A stretch of 54,263 bases of DNA, taken from assembly GCA_964527535.1 (NCBI GenBank), contig CAZGPW010000038.1, forward strand, positions 1-54,263, written 5' to 3'. The position numbers and the translations under genes are program-made. A model generated the notes under the pieces. The model had not been told where the DNA came from. It did not search any database and saw only the letters and a list, made by a program, of their open reading frames with translations. Below, one piece after another: positions 47,041 through 54,263 of this stretch (the stretch's first letter is position 1; every line of letters begins with the position of its first letter). Origin of the DNA: an uncultured Bacteroidales bacterium (lineage in GTDB: Bacteria > Bacteroidota > Bacteroidia > Bacteroidales > ML635J-15).

Positions 47041-47220
47041 CCCTTGTTTTTGAGAGGGAAAGATGGAGAAATGGAGATTCTCAAAAACAAGGGTCGGTCT
47101 TTGCCTCCAAGCTGCTTCGCACTGGCTTGTGCCTGATACACTGACACAAGAGTTTCCGTTGGTCACTTTGTGTCAGCTCAGGCACTTAAGCCATTGCTTC
47201 AGCAGGCTTTCCGGCGCCGC
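47041..47220. repeat. GC-rich structured intergenic element (two long hairpins)
   Basis: Perfect 15-bp IR CCCTTGTTTTTGAGA 47041-55 / 47079-93; bulged stem TGGCTT-GTGCCTGA-CTGACACAA 47123-49 pairing with 47168-93. Confidence 0.6.
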
Positions 47221-47254
47221 CCTCACGCAAAATGTACAGCTTACACATAAAGAA

Positions 47255-47429
47255 AAGTCAGAAGTCCGGAGACCGAAGTCAGAAGTCAGAAGATATCATA
47301 TTAATTAATTTTCACTTTAAAAATGTATGCTTTAATTCCGTCTTCCGTCTTCCGTCTTCCGTCTCCCGTCTTCGGTCTTCCGACTCCTGTCCCCCATCTT
47401 CCGACTTCCGTCTCCGGTCTTCCGACTTC
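47255..47429. repeat. Inverted heptamer tandem-repeat arrays
   Basis: (GAAGTCA/GAAGTCC)n at 47255-47293 facing (TCTTCCG/ACTTCCG)n at 47336-47429. Confidence 0.8.
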
Positions 47430-47533
47430 CTTGTCTTAGAATTCTGTTAAGTTGATTGTATATTACCATAAAATACCATATCTTCATGCCAACAAAATTT
47501 TTGAATTGAACAATAAAACTAAATGCCGGTATT

Positions 47534-50500
47534 ATGAAAAAAACAATACTCACGTTGTTGATAGGATTACTTACCATTCCAACATTCAGTCAAAACACAA
47601 AATTGCTCCGCTTCCCGGACATTCACGAAGATAAAATTGTATTCAGTTATGCTGGCAACCTGTATTCTGTTGAAAAACCAGGTGGCATTGCTCGTCGTCT
47701 CACCGACCACAAAGGCTATGAAATGTTCCCCCATTTTTCGCCTGATGGATCAAAAATTGCTTTCACTGCCCATTACGATGGCAACACAGAAGTGTATGTC
47801 ATGCCGGCAGAAGGTGGTACTCCCACAAGAATAACCTATACGGCAACCCTGAGCAGGGATGATGTAACAGACCGCATGGGCCCCAACAACATTGTCATGG
47901 GATGGACACCTGACGGCAATAATGTAATATTCAGATCAAGGATGAAATCATTTAATTCCTTTGTCGGACAGCTTTTTAAAGCCCCTGTTGACGGTGGATT
48001 GCCTGAACAGATTGAAGTGCCAAGAGGCGGGTGGAATGATTTTATCAACGATGGAGAGCAAATGGTGTATAACCGTGTGTTCAGGGAATTCAGAACCTGG
48101 AAATATTACCGGGGTGGCATGGCAGATGATCTGTGGTTGCATGATTTTACCGACCATTCAACAAAACGGCTCTTTGAAAATGATGCCCAGGATATTTTCC
48201 CGATGTGTGTGAATGGTCTGATTTATTTCCTCTCAGACAGGGACAGAACGATGAATTTGTTTGTCTTTGATCCTGAAAGTGAAGACACAAGAAAACTTAC
48301 CCAATTTTCGGATTACGACATAAAATTTCCCAACCACGATGATCATACGATTATTTTTGAACAGGCCGGAGAAATCCATTGTTTTGATATTTCAAAAGAA
48401 GAAACAACAAAAATCAACATTCGTATTGCAGAAGATTTTGCCAACAGCCGTGCATCCATGAAAGACGCCTCTGAATTGATCAGAGATGTATCACTCGCTC
48501 CCGACGGAAACAGGGTGGTACTTTCAGGCAGAGGGGATATCTTTACCCTTCCTGCCAATAAAGGAGTAACCAAAAGGCTGACAGAAACCAACGGCGTACA
48601 TGAACGTGATCCGGTATGGAGCCCGGATGGAAAATACATTGCATACTGGTCTGATGAAACAGGGGAATATGAAATATACCTGCAGGACAAAGACAACAAA
48701 AAGCCGGCCGAAAAAATTACCTCAAACAACGATACTTATCCCTATCAGCTTACCTGGTCACCAGACAGCAAAAAGATCATATGGAGCGACAAAAAACTGC
48801 GTTTGAGGTACATCGACATCGAAAGCAAAAACATCACTGAAATAACCACATCGGATTACGGAGACATCAGGGATTACACCTGGTCGCCAGACAGCAAATG
48901 GGTAGCCTTTGCCGATGCAGATGAAAACCGAATGAACAGAATCTACCTGTATGGCACACAAGATGAAGAAATAACGCCTGTAACAAGTAAATGGTACGAC
49001 TCCTCAAACCCTGAATTTTCAACTAGCGGCAGCCTGTTGTTTTTTACATCAAACCGTGATTTTAACCCCATATACAGTCAAACCGAATGGAATCATGCCT
49101 ACCGTGACATGTCACGGATTTATTATGTTACCTTGTCGGAAGAAAACCCCGATCCGCTGGCCCCTCAAAATGATACCGTACGTGTTGAATCGAGTGATAC
49201 AGATGATAACAACAACGAAAAAAGTGATAAATCATCTAAAAACATCAAGGTAGATACAGAAGGCATTGCTGACCGAATAAATGTACTGCCTGTGGATGCA
49301 GCTTCCTACTGGAGCCTGAATCACGCTGATAATAAACTATATTATATTCAGAATAAATTAAAACACAAATCCAAACTCAACTATTTTGATTTCGACACCC
49401 GCGAAGAAAAAGAAATAGGCGAATCCATGGGATATACCATTTCCGCAAATCACAAAAAAATGCTGATCCGTAAATCGGGCAAGTATTATGTGATTGACCT
49501 GCCTTCTTCATCACCTAAACTGAAAGACCCGGTAGATAAGTCGGATATGAGCATCCATATCAATCTGCACGATGAATGGTCACAGGTATTTCATGAAGCG
49601 TGGCGGCAAATGCGTGATTTCTTTTATGATCCCGGAATGCACGGTGTTGACTGGGAGGCCATGAAAGACAAATACAAGGTGTTTCTGCCATATCTGAATC
49701 ACAGAAATGATCTGACATACATCATCGGGGAAATGATAGCTGAGCTCAACGTGGGGCATGCTTATGTCGGTGGTGGCGACAGGGATAAACCCGAAAAAAT
49801 ATACACCGGATTGCTGGGGGCGGAATTTGCCAAAGACAAATCCGGGTATTTTAAAATTACAAAACTGCTGAAAGGTAAAAACTGGAACGATGAATACATT
49901 GCTCCCCTCACAGGGATTGGCAAAAACATCAGCGAAGGAGATTATATCATTTCCATCGATGGACATACCACAAAAAACACCAACAACATTTACACTCTGC
50001 TTACCGGAAAAGCCGGTAAAAAAACGGTGATTGCAGTCAATGACAAACCATCTGAAAAAAACAGCAAAGAATACATCATTGAACCTGTAAAAGATGAAGC
50101 AAAATTATACTATTACCAGTGGGTGCAGGATAACATCAACAAAGTAGCCGAAGCCACCGATGGCAAAGTAGGTTACATACATATACCCAATATGATTACG
50201 GAAGGACTGAATGAATTTGTCAAGCATTTCTATCCACAATTAACAAAAGAAGCTTTGATTATTGATGACCGCGGCAACGGTGGCGGCAATGTATCTCCAA
50301 TGATCATAGAAAGGCTGCGGCGCGAACTGGCCATGATGGGCATGGGCAGAAACGTTACCAAACCGGGCACACGACCAAGAGGCATGCATGTCGGCCCGAA
50401 AGTGTTGCTTGTGGATCAGTATTCTGCTTCCGACGGCGATTTATTCCCATATCAATTCCGGAAATATGACCTCGGCCCCATCATTGGTGTAAGAACATGG

Positions 50501-50773
50501 GGAGGCGTTGTAGGCATACGTGGGTCACTGCCTTTTGTTGATGGCGGAACACTCAGGAAACCCGAATTTGCTCATTACGCAGCCGACACCAGCAAATGGA
50601 TCATTGAGGGACATGGTGTAGAACCGGATATCGAAGTATGGAACGACCCCTGGAAAGAATTCAACGGCAAAGATCAGCAATTGAACAAAGCCATTGACAT
50701 TGCATTGAAAAAATTGGAAGATAATCCTCCGGTCATACCTGGCGTTCCGGATTTTCCGGATAAAAGCGAATAA
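47534..50773 (+). CDS. Tricorn-like protease (peptidase S41) with signal peptide
   Basis: Signal peptide, PD40/WD40-like WSPD repeats, PDZ region, RGNGGG, SASDGD, TWGGVVG, IEGHGVEPD. Confidence 0.95.
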   Translation: MKKTILTLLIGLLTIPTFSQNTKLLRFPDIHEDKIVFSYAGNLYSVEKPGGIARRLTDHKGYEMFPHFSPDGSKIAFTAHYDGNTEVYVMPAEGGTPTRITYTATLSRDDVTDRMGPNNIVMGWTPDGNNVIFRSRMKSFNSFVGQLFKAPVDGGLPEQIEVPRGGWNDFINDGEQMVYNRVFREFRTWKYYRGGMADDLWLHDFTDHSTKRLFENDAQDIFPMCVNGLIYFLSDRDRTMNLFVFDPESEDTRKLTQFSDYDIKFPNHDDHTIIFEQAGEIHCFDISKEETTKINIRIAEDFANSRASMKDASELIRDVSLAPDGNRVVLSGRGDIFTLPANKGVTKRLTETNGVHERDPVWSPDGKYIAYWSDETGEYEIYLQDKDNKKPAEKITSNNDTYPYQLTWSPDSKKIIWSDKKLRLRYIDIESKNITEITTSDYGDIRDYTWSPDSKWVAFADADENRMNRIYLYGTQDEEITPVTSKWYDSSNPEFSTSGSLLFFTSNRDFNPIYSQTEWNHAYRDMSRIYYVTLSEENPDPLAPQNDTVRVESSDTDDNNNEKSDKSSKNIKVDTEGIADRINVLPVDAASYWSLNHADNKLYYIQNKLKHKSKLNYFDFDTREEKEIGESMGYTISANHKKMLIRKSGKYYVIDLPSSSPKLKDPVDKSDMSIHINLHDEWSQVFHEAWRQMRDFFYDPGMHGVDWEAMKDKYKVFLPYLNHRNDLTYIIGEMIAELNVGHAYVGGGDRDKPEKIYTGLLGAEFAKDKSGYFKITKLLKGKNWNDEYIAPLTGIGKNISEGDYIISIDGHTTKNTNNIYTLLTGKAGKKTVIAVNDKPSEKNSKEYIIEPVKDEAKLYYYQWVQDNINKVAEATDGKVGYIHIPNMITEGLNEFVKHFYPQLTKEALIIDDRGNGGGNVSPMIIERLRRELAMMGMGRNVTKPGTRPRGMHVGPKVLLVDQYSASDGDLFPYQFRKYDLGPIIGVRTWGGVVGIRGSLPFVDGGTLRKPEFAHYAADTSKWIIEGHGVEPDIEVWNDPWKEFNGKDQQLNKAIDIALKKLEDNPPVIPGVPDFPDKSE

Positions 50774-50864
50774 AAACGCCTGAGAAGTTGAGAAAAAAAT
50801 AAAAAAATTTGTTATGAAATATAATCTTTGTATTTTTACCGTATAAACTAAAAAACGAAACATC

Positions 50865-51452
50865 ATGAAAAAATTAAGTATTTTTACCTTTGCTGCAATA
50901 TTCAGCATCTTTGCCATTTCATGTAACAATGGCGAAAACAAAGACAAGGAAGACGAAAAAACGCCTGAAGAAGAAACAAAGGCACAAATCGTTGACCTCG
51001 AAAGTTTCAACGAAGCGTATGAAACCCTGGAATTTGAAGAGTGCGATGAGTTCAAAACGGCAATGGGGCATTATATGGACATTTATTTTTCCACCCTCGA
51101 CAAAGCTGTTGAAGGCGACGAAACTGCAATTGAGGAGTTTAAAGAGTTGCATGAGATGAAGTGTACTTTTGAGAAACAAGCAGAAAAGTTGAATGATGAA
51201 TGCCCTGATAAAATGTCAGAATTGGGAGAAAAATACGAAGAAGAACAAAAAGCTCATGCTGATGAAATTAACCAAATTTTATCTCCTGAAGATGCAGAAT
51301 CTGAAAAAGAATCTCCTGAAAATAATGACGAAGAAGGTGGAGAAGATTCAAAATCATCAGAGCTTACGAAAAAAGGACAAAAATCCAAATCTCTGAATTT
51401 TGAAGAAAAAAAATTAGACATCGATGACAGTCAAAACAAAAGCGATGAATAA
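50865..51452 (+). CDS. Acidic lipoprotein, unknown function
   Basis: MKKLSIFTFAAIFSIFAISC lipobox; Glu/Lys-rich body. Confidence 0.8.
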   Translation: MKKLSIFTFAAIFSIFAISCNNGENKDKEDEKTPEEETKAQIVDLESFNEAYETLEFEECDEFKTAMGHYMDIYFSTLDKAVEGDETAIEEFKELHEMKCTFEKQAEKLNDECPDKMSELGEKYEEEQKAHADEINQILSPEDAESEKESPENNDEEGGEDSKSSELTKKGQKSKSLNFEEKKLDIDDSQNKSDE

Positions 51453-51498
51453 AATCAAAATATACAGATGTAATTAAGATAAACTTCAATCTTTACAG

Positions 51499-51533
51499 AA
51501 AAGGGTTGCCCACATTTATGAGCAACCCTTTTT
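51499..51533 (+). terminator. Intrinsic terminator
   Basis: AAAAGGGTTGC.CA..TG.GCAACCCTTTT followed by a T tract. Confidence 0.85.
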
Positions 51534-51618
51534 GTTTTTTTATTCCGTTTATATATATTTGATTGTTATTGCCAATAATTTTGTACTTTAAACCCCGTAA
51601 AATTCAGATCGTAACACT

Positions 51619-53040
51619 ATGATTACAAAAACACGCATTGTAGCCTCCATCGGGCCGGCATCAAACGATAAAAATATCCTGAGGGACATGATAAAAGCGG
51701 GTATGAATGTTGCCCGTCTGAATTTTTCACACGGCTCTTACGAGGGGAAAATTGAAGTGTTGACACATCTCAGGGAATTGCAGGAAGAAACCGGATTACA
51801 TATTTCCGTCATTGGTGATTTACAAGGCCCCAAGCTGAGGCTTGGAGAATTACCTGATGATGGAATATCGATTAACAACGGCGAAACGGTACATTTTACC
51901 ACCCAGCCGGATAAAGCAGGCGAATCTGTTTACCTTGTTAATTATGACGCTTTTGCCAGGGATATAAAACCAGGGGACAAAATACTCATTGACGACGGCA
52001 CAATCAAGCTGGAAGCAATAGAAACCAACCATAAAGATGTTGTCAAAGCACAGGTTATTTCAGGAGGTGCATTGCATTCCAAAAAAGGCATCAACTTGCC
52101 GGACTCAAGCTTATCCCTTCCGGCCATAACAGATAAAGACAAAGAAGACATTAAATTTGCTGAGAAAAACAAAATCGACTGGTTTGCCCTGTCTTTTGTT
52201 CGCAGCAGTAAAGACATCAGGGAATTACGTGCCCACCTTGATGTTTCTCATTGTAACGCGCGGATTATTGCAAAAATTGAAAAACCCGAAGCTGTAGAAG
52301 ACATTGATGCCATCACAGATGCTGCTGACGGTATTATGGTAGCACGTGGTGATCTGGGTGTTGAAGTGGATTTTAAAAAAGTACCTGTCATGCAAAGGAA
52401 CATTGTCAGGCTTTGTGTTCAAAAAGCAAAACCCGTTATTATTGCTACACAAATGCTGGATTCCATGATACACAATTTCAGGCCAACCCGTGCTGAAGCC
52501 AATGATGTAGCCACCGCTGTGATGGACATGGCAGACGGCCTGATGTTGAGCGGTGAAACAGCCATAGGGAAATACCCTGTTGTTAGTATTGAAAGCATGC
52601 AAAGCATCATTGAATATACCGAAAAAGAAGGGTTGGTATATAACCTGAACCATCCGCCTGAACCTGATGCTAAAGAGTTTATTCCGGATTCTGTGTGTTA
52701 TAATGCTTCAAAAATGGCACAACAAACCAATGCCAAAGCCATCATCACGTTTTCTTATTCGGGATATACGGCATTACGCATTTCCAGCCACAGACCGGAA
52801 GCACCGATATATGCGTTCACAAGCAATAAAAAATTGCTTAAAAAATTGCCGTTGATCTGGGGGATCAATGCATTCTATTTTCCTGTTTATAACGACATTG
52901 ACAAGGCCATAGCCCACTCAATAGATGTACTCAAAAAAGAAGGGGCTATCAAAAAAGGCGACAGGGTTGTTCACGTTGGCAGCACACCACTCACCTCAAA
53001 ATCACATACCAACATGATAAAGTTCAGCGAAGTAAATTAG
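51619..53040 (+). CDS. pyk: Pyruvate kinase
   Basis: TRIVASIGPAS, ARLNFSHG, DLQGPK, IAKIEK, MVARGDLG, ATQML, MLSGETA. Confidence 0.97.
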   Translation: MITKTRIVASIGPASNDKNILRDMIKAGMNVARLNFSHGSYEGKIEVLTHLRELQEETGLHISVIGDLQGPKLRLGELPDDGISINNGETVHFTTQPDKAGESVYLVNYDAFARDIKPGDKILIDDGTIKLEAIETNHKDVVKAQVISGGALHSKKGINLPDSSLSLPAITDKDKEDIKFAEKNKIDWFALSFVRSSKDIRELRAHLDVSHCNARIIAKIEKPEAVEDIDAITDAADGIMVARGDLGVEVDFKKVPVMQRNIVRLCVQKAKPVIIATQMLDSMIHNFRPTRAEANDVATAVMDMADGLMLSGETAIGKYPVVSIESMQSIIEYTEKEGLVYNLNHPPEPDAKEFIPDSVCYNASKMAQQTNAKAIITFSYSGYTALRISSHRPEAPIYAFTSNKKLLKKLPLIWGINAFYFPVYNDIDKAIAHSIDVLKKEGAIKKGDRVVHVGSTPLTSKSHTNMIKFSEVN

Positions 53041-53077
53041 GGGTTGCAGCCTTTACCTGTCAAAGCATTCTTTTTGA

Positions 53078-53094
53078 GGTTCTACTGCAAATTT
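53078..53094. repeat. Lone copy of the MITE terminal repeat
   Basis: GGTTCTACTGCAAATTT, exact reverse complement of 17625-17641. Confidence 0.6.
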
Positions 53095-53327
53095 CGTGGA
53101 AAATTTCACCAATTGCATTTCAAAATGAGGCGTAATAGACAAAATAGTTGGTAATTTTTTCATGAAAATATCCATATCTAATTTATTACACTTACTTTTG
53201 ATTTATCAAGTTAAACGGAAGCAAGCTCTGCTTGGGAGCAACTTGCCAGGGATAAACTTGATGACCGACAAAAATGTCTTAATAAAGGGATTCGAGAAGA
53301 GTCCCTTTATGATATTTTTAGAGGTCT

Positions 53328-54241
53328 TCATGCCTTTAAAAACCCATCAATAAATTTCTTTTTTCTATCAATAGATAAGCCATTATAATTTCTGAGTTTG
53401 TTCTTTAAATCAGCAAAATTTCCTTCAATTGCATTCGTAGTGTTTGGTATGTTTAACTCAATATTGTCATACCATGTAAACAACCACGGCAAGTTGGTTT
53501 TTAAGCTGCGATATGCACTTCTTAATCGTTTGTGTGTATAGTGTGATTTGCCAGTAATTTCATTTACCGTTCGTTCATCTAAAAATGATTTCCATTTCAT
53601 ATGCCATTGGTTTAATGCTCCTATAAATGATTCCTTATCGGTGTTTTTCATCAAGCTTACAATCTCTTTCAACTCAATAGATGCGGGCAACTTAGGATTT
53701 TGGGTGATATATCTTCGTATGATAGCTGCCTGATGAAATTGACACATTTGTATTGGAATCTCATTAAATGATTTTATCAGACCTCTTCTTCCATCACACA
53801 CAATCGCTAATATCTCAAATCCACGTGATTTTAATTCATCTATGCCTTTTTTATACAGCACATTAGTCTCTTGTTTTACATAATACTTTAAAATATTTTC
53901 CTTACTAATTGAATCCTTAAAAAGCATTACCCCAAAGTTCCTTCCCCAGTAGGTTGTGTCCATTAAAACTATGACTTCTCTTGGAATTTTTGTCGTCTTT
54001 TGTAGCCTATATGAATCAATTCTTCGCTGTATGGTTTTTGTACTGCATTTGTACTTCTCAGATAGTTGTTTATAAGTTTGTTTCCCCATAGTATATTCTT
54101 CCCATACTTGTGCTGGTGAAACATAAGATCCACCGGTAAAATGCTGACCACATGCCATGCATTTATAACGTTGTTTCTCGTTTTGAAAACCATATTTTTG
54201 CACAATTATACTTCCACAGTTTATGCATTTTTTTTATTCAT
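53328..54241 (-). mobile_element. IS256-family transposase, Zn-ribbon variant; -1 frameshift near start
   Basis: CINC..CMAC ribbon, HTH (KQTYKQL..KTIQR), MDTTY, VCDGRRG, CQFH, PNTTNAIEG; ATG at 54241 is out of frame across an A8 run; one element end lies outside the window. Confidence 0.82.
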
Positions 54242-54263
54242 AACCTTTCATTTGGTGTAAACC

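Noticed and set aside
21924-47286. 17-bp direct repeat as attL/attR of an island
   Set aside because: It is part of a dispersed heptamer repeat family and would enclose housekeeping rarA and yqgE; no integrase
46945-47634. Short ORFs in the yqgE-tricorn gap
   Set aside because: They arise from palindromes and heptamer repeats (SSDFRL/RKTEDG patterns) and are not credible proteins
338-54205. Numerous 60-190 aa ORFs overlapping called genes
   Set aside because: Antisense or alternate-frame shadows of well-supported CDSs with no motifs

Overview
Bacteroidota-type chromosomal window (inferred from TAnnTTTG promoter boxes and gene families; probably a marine or saline Bacteroidales/Marinilabiliales relative). 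(1) 105-13221: tail of a surface-polysaccharide operon (GT4s, CapA-like metallophosphoesterase, ATP-grasp ligase, WecG/TagA GT, formyltransferase, deacetylase, wecB). It carries apparent deletion scars and three cassette-like inserts bounded by palindromic repeats (GxxExxY nuclease-fold gene, RecG_C/HTH fragment, AbiEi/AbiEii TA). (2) 13.3-23.4 kb: housekeeping genes (saccharopine dehydrogenase, amn, lgt, GH15 plus TPS/TPP, rarA) with several REP/MITE-like elements. (3) 23473-45826: the main candidate novel system, an 18-gene co-oriented cluster with 13 radical SAM enzymes: 5 cobalamin-binding, 2 TRAM-less methylthiotransferase-like, 4 twitch/SPASM-type, 1 lipoprotein-FISUMP-PflX fusion and 1 unclassified. 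It also encodes a motif-degenerate UbiA prenyltransferase, a GT-C-like membrane protein and an orphan Wzt ATPase, which points to radical tailoring of a lipid or lipid-linked glycan. (4) 46.2-54.2 kb: yqgE, tricorn-like protease, lipoprotein, pyk and an IS256-variant transposase with an A8 frameshift. No rRNA, tRNA or CRISPR was seen. All family calls are by motif recognition; no searches were run.
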